Origin: Terriglobia bacterium | GTDB taxonomy: Bacteria; Acidobacteriota; Terriglobia; 20CM-2-55-15 | Length of the DNA: 64,000 nt | Assembly (NCBI GenBank): GCA_965218585.1 | Contig: CBDCLE010000005.1 | Span: 1 to 64,000, forward strand | Reading direction: 5' to 3' | Part shown: positions 49,115 through 58,449 of the stretch, piece after piece | Numbering within the stretch: position 1 is the first letter of the stretch | Layout of the letters: every line of letters begins with the position of its first letter | Translations under genes and position numbers: made by a program | Notes under the pieces: generated by a model | Told to the model about the DNA's origin: nothing | Database searches by the model: none | Seen by the model: the letters and a program-made list of their open reading frames with translations, nothing else

Positions 49115-49330
49115 ATGGACATCAACACAATCACACCGATCCAGTCCGATGCCGGAATCGGAAACCTCCAGCGGATCCAGCCGACGAGCAATTCCAATCG
49201 GCGGAGGCAGCAGAACCCCAAGCGTCAAAAACGCAATCTCAACGCAAAATATACCAACGAAGTGACTTACAAGCCCGACGGCCACGTTGAATCGGACGAG
49301 CACGGCGTAAGAGTCGACATCTCGGTCTGA
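49115..49330 (+). CDS. Small hypothetical protein (71 aa)
   Basis: Directly follows the sigma-28 promoter; ends GVRVDISV. Confidence 0.6.
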   Translation: MDINTITPIQSDAGIGNLQRIQPTSNSNRRRQQNPKRQKRNLNAKYTNEVTYKPDGHVESDEHGVRVDISV

Positions 49331-49485
49331 AGCCCCCCCCTACCAATTTTCCATTTGAAATCGCGCGGTGGCATTCTAAGTCTCCTCGAGGACCTACTTT
49401 AACGGACCGGCATGATCACGGGCTCGCAATCAGAAGGATTGCGAGCGTCGCCCTGCTTTCACATAGAAGACTCGGTCAGGATGAC

Positions 49486-50853
49486 GAGGTCGTTCCAATC
49501 GGTGTGTAAAAAGAGAAGGCGGTGTACGCTTTCGGTGAATCCCGAAACCCTAAGCAATCCCCGGCAGCAACCGGGAGAAAGGTACACCACCCATGAAGAA
49601 GAAGAACATACCGGCATCAGTGGCGTCAACGAACGCGTATGAAGGTTTGGAGGACTGGGCGCGATCCCGGGTCCAAGTCTGGCTACAGGAGCTGCTCGAG
49701 GACGAAGTCACTCAATTTCTGGGTCGGGAAAAGTTGGAGCGGAGTCCGAATCGACGAGGATACCGGAACGGTCACGGGAAACCGCGACGCTTCGCAATGA
49801 TGAACGGTACGATGGAGGTTCGACGACCTCGGGTTCGAAACACCGCCGAGCGGTTCGAGAGTCAGATCCTGCCGTATTTTCGACGGAAATCGAAACAGCT
49901 GGGCGAGCTACTTCCCGATCTCTACCTCCACGGTCTGGCCACAGGGGACTTCGAGCAGGCCATGCGCGGACTGCTTGGCGCTGGCGCTCCGTTGTCGCGA
50001 GCATCGATCCAACGACTGAAATCGACCTGGCAGTTGGAGTATGACGAGTGGGTCCAGCAGGACCTGTCCGGCCTCGAGGTCGTGTACCAGTGGGCAGACG
50101 GCTTGTACGTGAAAGCGGGGATCGCGAAAGAGCGAGCGGCATTGTTGGTGATCATCGGAGCCTTGTCAGACAGGCGCAAAGTGCTGTTGGCCTGTGAGAG
50201 CGGGCAGCGGGAAAGCAAGGAGTCCTGGAGCCGCATTCTGCGCAATCTCCAGAGACGGGGCCTGAAGCTGGGACGGCTGACTGTCGCGGACGGTCACCTG
50301 GGCATCTGGTCCGCGCTGGCCGAGCAACAGCCCCAGGGCCAGGAACAACGCTGCTGGAACCACAAGTCGATCAACGTGGTCGATCATCTGCCGAAGACCG
50401 AGCAGCCCGCGGCCAGACAGCTGCTCCATGGGATGGCCTTCGCGAACTCCCGCGCGGCCTGCGAACGAAAGCGGGATCAGTTCGTCCGCCGATATGAGAA
50501 GAACTATCCCAAAGCGGCTGAGACGCTGTTGCGGGACTGGGACCGGATGATCACTTTCTATGAGTTCCCGAAACAACACTGGGTGCATCTGAGAACGACC
50601 AACATCGTCGAATCGCCCTTCGACATGGTTCGCCTCCGCACCAACGCCGCTCGCCGATTCAAGCGTGTCGAGAATGCAACGGCAATGATCTGGAAGCTAC
50701 TACGTGTCGCTGAGAAGGCTTGGCGACACTTAAAAGGATCCGAACTCTTACAAGAGGTCTATGATGGCCAGCAAATTCGCTGACGGCATCAGAGTCGTGA
50801 TGAAATCGAAGGCCGCCGCCTGATGACTTTTACACACCTTTTGTAATGACCTC
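49486..50853 (+). mobile_element. IS256 family element, complete
   Basis: IRs GAGGTCGTTCCAATCGGTGTGTAAAA and TTTTACACACCTTTTGTAATGACCTC; 8-bp TSD AGGATGAC (49478-49485, 50854-50861). Confidence 0.93.
49593..50783 (+). CDS. IS256 family transposase (probable extra base near the C-terminus)
   Basis: RNGHG, WADG, VADGHLG, QRCWNH, TTNIVES. The likely native tail FADGIRVVMKSKAAA* lies in another frame and ends at 50823. Confidence 0.93.
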   Translation: MKKKNIPASVASTNAYEGLEDWARSRVQVWLQELLEDEVTQFLGREKLERSPNRRGYRNGHGKPRRFAMMNGTMEVRRPRVRNTAERFESQILPYFRRKSKQLGELLPDLYLHGLATGDFEQAMRGLLGAGAPLSRASIQRLKSTWQLEYDEWVQQDLSGLEVVYQWADGLYVKAGIAKERAALLVIIGALSDRRKVLLACESGQRESKESWSRILRNLQRRGLKLGRLTVADGHLGIWSALAEQQPQGQEQRCWNHKSINVVDHLPKTEQPAARQLLHGMAFANSRAACERKRDQFVRRYEKNYPKAAETLLRDWDRMITFYEFPKQHWVHLRTTNIVESPFDMVRLRTNAARRFKRVENATAMIWKLLRVAEKAWRHLKGSELLQEVYDGQQIR

Positions 50854-50999
50854 AGGATGACAAATCCTCTGCGTAGCCGGATTTGCGGAATTTCAAACTG
50901 AGGCCTACCTATACCGCGCAATCAAGCCAACTGTTTGACTTTTCCAGGACGTGTCCGTTAACTTACTGAACTTGCGCCAAACCTTATCTGGAGACACTG

Positions 51000-51329
51000 A
51001 TGGGAGCTAATACCGTAGAAATTACAGACACAAACTTCGAAAACGAAGTCGAAAAATCCGACGTACCCGTGCTCATCGATTTTTGGGCGGCATGGTGCGG
51101 TCCCTGCCGGGCCCTGGCACCCACCGTGGAACAGATCGCCGAGGAATACCTGGGCAAGGTCAAGGTCGGCAAACTCGATGTGGATGCAAACAGCGGTCTG
51201 TCAGCACGTTTTCAGATTCGAGGCATACCGACGTTGCTCCTGTTCAAGGACGGCCAGGTCAAGGAACAACTTGTCGGCGCTGTCCCGAAGGACACGATCG
51301 TAGGCGCCATATCGAAGCATCTCTCCTAG
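51000..51329 (+). CDS. trxA: Thioredoxin
   Basis: DFWAAWCGPC, IPTL. Confidence 0.97.
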   Translation: MGANTVEITDTNFENEVEKSDVPVLIDFWAAWCGPCRALAPTVEQIAEEYLGKVKVGKLDVDANSGLSARFQIRGIPTLLLFKDGQVKEQLVGAVPKDTIVGAISKHLS

Positions 51330-51353
51330 GCAAATCTTCCAGCGGAGTTAGCA

Positions 51354-51692
51354 GTGGAACTTCCAGTCATAAATGCGCCGACCGTAGACCCGCGGGTCGA
51401 GAAGGTCCGTTTCAGGGCGCTTCAGGTCAGAGGGAAGATTCGCCGTTTCATCCGGTCTAACGTTTACACCCGCGACAACGACCAACTGCTGGCAGAGCGG
51501 CGCGGAGAGTGCACCCGTTGCGGTGCGTGCTGCAAGATCCTGATGAAGTGCCCCTTCCTCCAGGAAACCAATGGACAATTCAGTTGCGAAATCTACGGGG
51601 AACACTTCGCTCAATGCCGCGTCTTCCCTCTTGTCCCACAGGACCTGAGAGAGATCGACGAGGACTGCGGCTACTATTTCGAGGCCGAATAA
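51354..51692 (+). CDS. YkgJ-like CxxCxxCC Fe-S/Zn protein
   Basis: CTRCGACC, CPFL, CEIY, CRVFP. Confidence 0.8.
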   Translation: MELPVINAPTVDPRVEKVRFRALQVRGKIRRFIRSNVYTRDNDQLLAERRGECTRCGACCKILMKCPFLQETNGQFSCEIYGEHFAQCRVFPLVPQDLREIDEDCGYYFEAE

Positions 51693-51729
51693 ACAACCTG
51701 CCCCGGCCGATCCCAGACTTGAAGCTGAC

Positions 51730-53016
51730 ATGGCGAACAACAAGAATCTTGCGATCGTGGGTGCCCAGTGGGGTGACGAAGGCAAGGGGAAGATCATCGA
51801 TATCCTCTCCGATGGCTTCGACGTCGTGGCCCGCTATCAGGGTGGACATAATGCCGGCCACACGATCCGGATCGGCAGTCAGCGATTCATCCTCCACCTG
51901 ATCCCTTCGGGCATCTTCCATCCTGAAATGCAGTGTGTCATCGGAAGCGGCGTCGTCCTCGATCCGTTGGCGCTGATCGAGGAGTGCGATGGGTTGGCCG
52001 AAGGTGGCATCGATGTTGCGGGACGGTTGTTCGTCTCGAACCGCTGCCACCTGATCCTTCCCTATCACCGTGTCCTGGAAGCCGCTCTCGAACTTCAAAT
52101 GGGCGAGAGAAAGATTGGAACAACGTCGCGTGGGATCGGACCGGCTTATGAAGACAAGATGGCGCGCCGAGGCCTCCGCGTCTGCGACCTGATGAACGCC
52201 GAAAGCTTGGCCGACCGCATTCGGGAACAGGTCGAACAGAAGAACCGCACACTGGAAGCCCTGAACTACCCTCAGGAAATCGATCCCGACCCGATCTGTG
52301 ACGCTTACCGAGAGTACGCCGAACGGCTCGGCCCCCTGTTTGCCGATACGACGACTCTGATAAACGGAATGTTGAAGGATGGCAAACGGATTCTCTTCGA
52401 AGGCGCTCAGGCAACGCTACTCGATGTCGACCACGGCACGTTTCCCTATGTGACGTCCTCCAGCTCCACTGCATGCGGGATCCCCAGCGGTCTGGGCATT
52501 GCTCCAAAGCACATTCATTCGGTGATGGGCATCATGAAGGCTTACGCCACGCGTGTGGGTGGCGGTCCGTTCCCAACCGAGGCCAACGGATCGACGGCTG
52601 AACGTCTCCGCTCGGAGGGCGACGAGTATGGCTCGACAACAGGACGGCCCCGGCGGTGTGGATGGTTCGATGGGGCAGCCGCCCGCTATTCGGTGATGAT
52701 CAACGACATGGACTCTATTACGATCACGAAGATCGACGTCCTGGATACGTTCGAGGAGATCCCGGTCTGTGTGGGCTACACCTATAAGGGAACGCCGGTC
52801 GATGAATTCCCGGCAGATGCGAACGTTCTGGACAAGGTCGAGCCCGTTTACAAGAGTCTCCCGGGATGGAATGCCTCGATTGCCGGGACACGCGAGTGGG
52901 ACCAGCTTCCCGAAAAGACCCGCGACTACGTCCGCTTCCTCTCCGACTTCCTGGAACGTCCAGTCAGCATGGTGTCGACCGGACCTGAGAGAGAAGAAAC
53001 ACTCCACGTTCCGTAA
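51730..53016 (+). CDS. purA: Adenylosuccinate synthetase
   Basis: GAQWGDEGKGK, GGHNAGHT, FEGAQ, TTGRPRRCGW. Confidence 0.98.
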   Translation: MANNKNLAIVGAQWGDEGKGKIIDILSDGFDVVARYQGGHNAGHTIRIGSQRFILHLIPSGIFHPEMQCVIGSGVVLDPLALIEECDGLAEGGIDVAGRLFVSNRCHLILPYHRVLEAALELQMGERKIGTTSRGIGPAYEDKMARRGLRVCDLMNAESLADRIREQVEQKNRTLEALNYPQEIDPDPICDAYREYAERLGPLFADTTTLINGMLKDGKRILFEGAQATLLDVDHGTFPYVTSSSSTACGIPSGLGIAPKHIHSVMGIMKAYATRVGGGPFPTEANGSTAERLRSEGDEYGSTTGRPRRCGWFDGAAARYSVMINDMDSITITKIDVLDTFEEIPVCVGYTYKGTPVDEFPADANVLDKVEPVYKSLPGWNASIAGTREWDQLPEKTRDYVRFLSDFLERPVSMVSTGPEREETLHVP

Positions 53017-53082
53017 TAGGCACGCGCCCCCCTATTTCCCCGCGCTTGATTCCTGCGTTACGATAGAAACGTTCACGTGAGT

Positions 53083-53155
53083 GGGCCGTTAGCTCAGTTG
53101 GTAGAGCATCTGCCTTTTAAGCAGAGGGTCACTGGTTCGAGCCCAGTACGGCTCA
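53083..53155 (+). tRNA. tRNA-Lys(TTT)
   Basis: Acceptor GGGCCGT/ACGGCTC; anticodon arm TCTGC-CTTTTAA-GCAGA; GGTTCGAGCCC. Confidence 0.97.
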
Positions 53156-53250
53156 TTTCGTTGCGTCTCTAATAGACTACGAAACGACAACAGTCACTCC
53201 GACACACCGGTGATTATATACTTTACACAGAAATAATGCCGATGCTACAA

Positions 53251-53427
53251 TCATTTCATGGTTGCAGTATCCGTATTTTTATCAGCACTTTCCGGTTGCT
53301 CAATCAGCTTATCCAGCTCACGTTTCACGCGCTTTCCGAAGATTTTCTCAACGATCTCCACGTCGGTCTTCTCGGTGAGATTCTTCGGGAGTCTTCGCTT
53401 TCGCTTTCTCTTGGAGTTTTGAGTCAT
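53251..53427 (-). CDS. Small basic protein (58 aa) inside the IS1595 left end
   Basis: MTQNSKRKRKRRLPKNLTEKTDVEIVEKIFGKRVKRELDK; shares a CATG with the transposase start. Confidence 0.5.
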   Translation of the reverse strand: MTQNSKRKRKRRLPKNLTEKTDVEIVEKIFGKRVKRELDKLIEQPESADKNTDTATMK

Positions 53428-54043
53428 GCCTGACACCGCCTCGTTGAATCTTGTACGTTTGATTGATCGCTTTCCGAACGAAGAAAAATGCAGGGAGTTT
53501 CTTGAAAACCTGCGGTGGCCGAACAGCGTTGGCTGTCCTCGCTGTGGCGACACATCGCTTTGTGAGATCGCAAGTCGCGACCAATGGGATTGTCTCTCAT
53601 GCCGCTACCAGTTCAGCGTGACGGCGGGAACGATCATGCACGATTCCCACCTGCCGCTGAGGAAGTGGTTTCTGGCGATTTATCTCATTCTCGAAGGCAA
53701 GAAGGGGATTTCGGCCAACCAGTTGAAGCGCACCATCGGTGTCTCCTACAAGACAGCCTGGTATCTCTGTCACCGCATCCGCTCCGCGATGGGACATAGC
53801 GAACCGGACGGCCCGACGCTGTTTGGGGTGGTCGAGGTCGATGAAACCCTGGTCGGCGGCAAGGCCAAAGGCAAGGGGAGCGGCTACAGAGGCAACAAGA
53901 CTTGGGTGGCCGGCGCGATCCAGCGGGGCGGGAAGGTCCGCCTGGAGCGGGTTCCAAACATCCGGCGTCACACACTCCATGCTTTCATCCGGCGCAACAT
54001 CAAGGATGAGGCCGCAGCGATCTATACCGACGAACTGAAGTCT
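53426..54043 (+). pseudogene. Truncated IS1595 transposase
   Basis: CPRC...CLSC, VEVDET, IYTDE; lacks the final catalytic Glu region. Confidence 0.9.
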
Positions 54044-55429
54044 GAGTTATAACCGAATCTGGTGTTTAAGGGATTGAGGAAGAGCGGCGTATCTGGTTGA
54101 TTTGTTGTTTACCAGACTTCAAAGCAACCAAGGGAGATACGCCACTATGAGCAAGAGTAACGTGAATGGACCGGAGGGTCGAGAGACGATTGAGGATCCG
54201 ATAACAGAGCTACTACGAGTTGGAGCTCAGCAACTGATCCAACGCGCGGTGGAAACCGAATTGGCGGAACTGCTATCCCACCACGGCGATCGGAGAACCG
54301 AGACGGGCAACGCCGGGGTGGTGCGCAACGGTTATCTGCCTGAACGTGAACTGCAGACCGGTTTGGGGCCGGTAACGGTCCAGATCCCGAAAGTCCGAGC
54401 GAAGACTGGCGACCCGGTAACGTTCCGGTCGGCCCTGGTACCTCCCTACATTCGGAAAACGAAATCGCTGGAAGCAGCGGTGCCGTGGTTGTATTTGAAA
54501 GGCGTCTCCAGCGGCGAGATGGGTGACGCTCTAAAAGTTCTTGTCGGACCCCAGGCGCAGGGCCTGTCGGCGAGCACGGTATCGCGGTTGAAACAGGTCT
54601 GGGCCGAGCAGTACCGCCGGGGATGCGAGGAGCGATTGGATGCCGATCGCTGGGTCTATGTCTGGGCCGACGGTATCTACAGCGGACTGCGGGCCGAAGA
54701 AACCAAGTTGTGCGCACTGGTGGTGATCGGCGCGAATCAACGCGGAGAGAAACGTTTTCTGGCAATCGAAGACGGTGTCCGGGAATCGACACAGAGTTGG
54801 CGCGAGGTCTTGTTAAAGCTGAAGTCGCGTGGGATGAATATCCCGAAGTTGGCCATCGGAGACGGTGCGATGGGATTCTGGGCCGCACTGGAGGAAATCT
54901 ATCCCGAGACACGTCACCAACGTTGCTGGATGCACAAGACCATGAACGTACTGAACGGGCTCCCGAAGTCGGCCCAGGCGAAGGCGAAACAGGCTTTGCA
55001 CGCGATCTGGCGGGCTCAGACACAGGCAGACGCCGAGAAGGCATTCGATCTGTTCATTGAAACCTATGAGCCGAAGTATCCGAAAGCCACTCGCTGCCTC
55101 CAGAAAGACAAAGAAGAACTGCTGGCCTTCTTCAACTTCCCGGCCAAGCATTGGCAGAGCATCCGAACGACCAATCCCATTGAGTCGACCTTTGCTACCA
55201 TTCGCCACCGAACCAAGCGATCCAGGGGTTGCCTGACGCGGGTTGGCATGCTGCACATGATGTTCAAACTGGGACAGTGCGCTCAGAAGAACTGGCGACG
55301 ATTACGAGGATTCGATGATCTGCCCAAGGTGATTACTGGAGTGAAATTCAACGATGGAATCGAAGTGACCCACGTCGATCAGGCCGCCGCTTGAGTCAAT
55401 CGGCAAAACACCACTTTTGACAATAACTC
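54044..55429 (+). mobile_element. IS256 family element without matching TSD
   Basis: IRs GAGTTATAACCGAATCTGGTGTTT and AAACACCACTTTTGACAATAACTC; flanks TGAAGTCT and CAAAGTCC differ. Confidence 0.9.
54147..55394 (+). CDS. IS256 family transposase
   Basis: VRNGYLPER, WADG, IGDGAMGFW, QRCWMH, TTNPIES. Confidence 0.96.
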   Translation: MSKSNVNGPEGRETIEDPITELLRVGAQQLIQRAVETELAELLSHHGDRRTETGNAGVVRNGYLPERELQTGLGPVTVQIPKVRAKTGDPVTFRSALVPPYIRKTKSLEAAVPWLYLKGVSSGEMGDALKVLVGPQAQGLSASTVSRLKQVWAEQYRRGCEERLDADRWVYVWADGIYSGLRAEETKLCALVVIGANQRGEKRFLAIEDGVRESTQSWREVLLKLKSRGMNIPKLAIGDGAMGFWAALEEIYPETRHQRCWMHKTMNVLNGLPKSAQAKAKQALHAIWRAQTQADAEKAFDLFIETYEPKYPKATRCLQKDKEELLAFFNFPAKHWQSIRTTNPIESTFATIRHRTKRSRGCLTRVGMLHMMFKLGQCAQKNWRRLRGFDDLPKVITGVKFNDGIEVTHVDQAAA

Positions 55430-56153
55430 CAAAGTCCGCCTTGAGCTTCTCTATGTCCTCGTCGAAGCGGGTAAGCAATTCCTCCCGCGATCGTTCGCTT
55501 TCGGCTTTCAGCCCGGCGCGCTCAGCGTTCCACCCAGCCGTTGCTGCTTGAAATTCTTCCGCTAACTGGTCTTTCTGCTGGGTGACTCCGGCTAACCTGG
55601 CGTTCAAGTCCAAATCCTTTTCCTCACCCTGATGCGCTTGCGTCAATTCATCTTCAAGTGTTTTGATTTGGTCATTCAGACCGTTGCGTTCCGCTTTAAA
55701 TTCGGCTGATGCCGCTCGGTACTCCTCTTCCACCTGATCCTTTGAACGTCCTGCTTCGTTCAGAGCCTGTTCGAGCCGCGATTGAGCCGCCGCCTCCGTG
55801 GCGGCAATGGCATTCTGACGGCGTTCCTCAAAGTCCGCTTTGAGCTTCTCAGATTCCTCGTTCCGCCCCTGCTCGAAGTCTGCTTTCAATTGCTCGGTTT
55901 CCACATCGAAACGCTTGAGGAGATCCTCGGTGACTTCTCTCCGGATGGCCTCCTGGACTTCCGTCACTGCTTGCTGCTGGTCTTCAGCAGCAAGTGCTGT
56001 AACTCTCGCCTCTGCTGCTTGAACCGATTCGTGAACCTGCAAGTCAAAATATGCTTCGACGTTCTCCAGTTCTTGGCGAACGGTCTCAAGTACTTTGGAA
56101 AGACGTTTCGAGGACTTACCTTCAATTTTTTGTGTGGGTTCCATTGGCGACAT
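55430..56153 (-). pseudogene. Coiled-coil repeat protein truncated at its 3' end by IS256
   Basis: E/A/Q-rich heptads; LKADF x3; AEFKAERNGL, AGWNAERAGL; frame runs into the IS IR. TTAACA-N17-TATAAG promoter at 56209-56181. Confidence 0.8.
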
Positions 56154-56477
56154 CCTGTCCTTTTTCGTGGAATTTCAGTACTTATAGCAGAAATGCTTCA
56201 CGATGTTAACTTCTGTGCCTCCCGCCGTAGCGGGTGTCTGGATCGTGTCCTGGACGAAGTTCTGGTTGAAAGGTCAGCAGAAATCTTAGGTGTTTGGTGG
56301 GTTGGAGTCAATCAAACGCTCACGCTATCCGTTAGGAAGATTCACACTGTTTCGGTCGCGCCAGCGAGTGCGGTGTTCCGGTCGAAGAAGTTCTGAGAAA
56401 GGATTCCTTATTGCAGTATCTGATTTGATCAGGAGATGGAGGGGCGCCCGAGCACCTCGCATGGAAGACACGAAGTG

Positions 56478-56601
56478 AGCGTCTTAATCGCGACTTCGCG
56501 CCCGAGCTTCGTATCCTTCGCACGCCACACTTCACCCATTCCACACCCTTACCTAAGAGCGTTGAGATCTCGTAGTGGCCGAGTTTGGTGCCAGATTTCA
56601 T
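56478..56601 (-). pseudogene. N-terminal remnant of a Ser/Thr kinase paralogous to the 5690 gene
   Basis: MKSGTKLGHYEISTLLGKG (frameshift) GMGEVWRAKDTKLGREVAIKTL, then similarity ends. Confidence 0.9.
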
Positions 56602-56624
56602 GTTTAAAGTGTTCGACTGAGAGA

Positions 56625-56718
56625 ACCGTGAAAAACTCGGTAAAGAATACTAAGGCAATAAGTTAGGCACTATTAAATTCTCAAGTCCTCGCAAACGACA
56701 TTCTCGGACACTGAGAAT
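56625..56718. repeat. Conserved ~95-bp element, copy C
   Basis: ACCGTGAAAAACTCGGT, CTAA-GGCAATAAG-TTAG, ATTCTCA-aGTCC..GGACac-TGAGAAT. Confidence 0.9.
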
Positions 56719-56819
56719 CAAGGATTGGAACCCTGAACGATAAGACCCTTCTTCCCACCAACCTAGGCCTCAGGAGCGGTGTTGTATCATGTGTCATCAA
56801 TCGTGCGACACGCAGATTC

Positions 56820-58403
56820 ATGACCCCGCAATACGACGTTCTCGTCATCGGAGGTGGCCACAACGGGCTCGTCCACGCCGCCTATCTGGCACGTGCCGGA
56901 CATCGCGTCCTGGTGCTGGAACGGCGGCATGTTCTGGGCGGCGCCGCGGTTACAGAAGAAGTTTTTCCGGGATTCAGGTTTTCGGTCGCATCTTACGTGG
57001 TTTCCCTTCTCCGCCCTGAAATCATCCGGGATCTGAATCTCCACACACACGGCCTGGAGATCCTTCCGCTCGATGGAACGTTTACTCCCATGCCCAACGG
57101 CGACTACCTCTGGCGGGTCGACGATCCCGTCCAGACACGCAGGGAACTCGAACGCCATTCCAGAAGCGACGCCCAGGCCTACCCCGAATATGGCCGCGCC
57201 ATGGTTGAAATGGCCCGGTTCATCGAACCACTTCTTTTGATGACACCGCCCGATCCTTCGTCACTCGATTTCAGAGGTGTCCGGGATGTCTTCTCGCTCG
57301 CCAAGGGCTTCCACGGCCTGGGACCCGACTCTCAGTCTGACTTCGTGCGGTTGATGACGATGAGCTCCGCGGATTTTCTCAATCGATGGTTTGAAACCGA
57401 TGTCCTGAAAGCAACGATGGCCGCTTCGGGAATCATCGGGACTTTCCTGGGCGTCCGCTCGCCCGGAACGGCCTACGTCCTTCTTCATCACTACATGGGA
57501 ATCATCGACGGCGTTTATCGCGCATGGGGACTGGCTCGCGGCGGGACGGGTGCGATTTCTCGTGCCATCGCCGAAGCCGCAAGAGCTGCGGGAGTCGAGA
57601 TTCGGTCAGAGGCACCGGTTGCCGGCATCACTTTAAGAAACGGCAAGGCAACGGGCGTTGTCCTGGAAAACGGCGATGAGATTTCTGCCCACGTCGTCTC
57701 TTCGAGCGTGGACCCTCGCTTGACGTTTATGAAGTTTGTGGGAGAGCGAAATCTGCCCGAAGATTTCGTTCAGGCGATCCGGCGTTACAGGTTTCATGGG
57801 TCGTCAGGCAAGGTCAACCTGGCGCTGGACGCACTCCCCGATTTCAAATGTCTCCCCGGTGACGGCGCACACCTCAGAGGAGCTATCTCGATTTCACCAA
57901 GCCTCGATTACATGGAAAGGGCTTATGACGAGGCCAAGTACGGCAGGTATTCACGCCGACCCTATATCGACATCGTGATTCCCAGCCTGACGGATTCATC
58001 CCTGGCCCCGCCGGGCAAACACGTGATGTCCTGCTTTGTCCAGTACGCACCCTATCACCTTAAAGAAGGCGCATGGGATCAGAAGCGCGAGACCTTCGGA
58101 GATACCGTTGTCGATACGCTTGCCGAGTACGCTCCCAACATTCGAGATGTGATCCTGCACAGACAGGTTCTGACGCCCCTCGATCTGGAACGCACGTTCG
58201 GCTTGTCCGAAGGCAATATCTTCCAGGGAGAACTGGCACCGGATCAGTTGTTTTCTCTTCGCCCCGTTCCTGGATAGGCCCAATATCGCACTCCGATCCG
58301 TAACCTTTACATGTGCGGGGCGGCCACACATCCCGGTGGCGGAATCATGGGTGCACCGGGCCGTAACGCAGCAATGCAGGTGATTCGAGATGGGAAGAAA
58401 TGA
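56820..58403 (+). pseudogene. Phytoene desaturase-like FAD oxidoreductase with in-frame TAG
   Basis: IGGGHNGL Rossmann motif; RPVPG-TAG(58275-58277)[32 protein letters not shown] continues in frame. Confidence 0.88.
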
Positions 58404-58449
58404 ATCTCGTCCAAGAGGCGCCCGGGACAAAGCTGCCGACAACAAAGCA

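Larger units (their letters stand above)
53209..54043 (+). mobile_element. IS1595 element, 3'-truncated by IS256
   Basis: End GGTGATTATATAC at 53209; transposase cut at YTDELKS by the IS256 IR. Confidence 0.8.
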
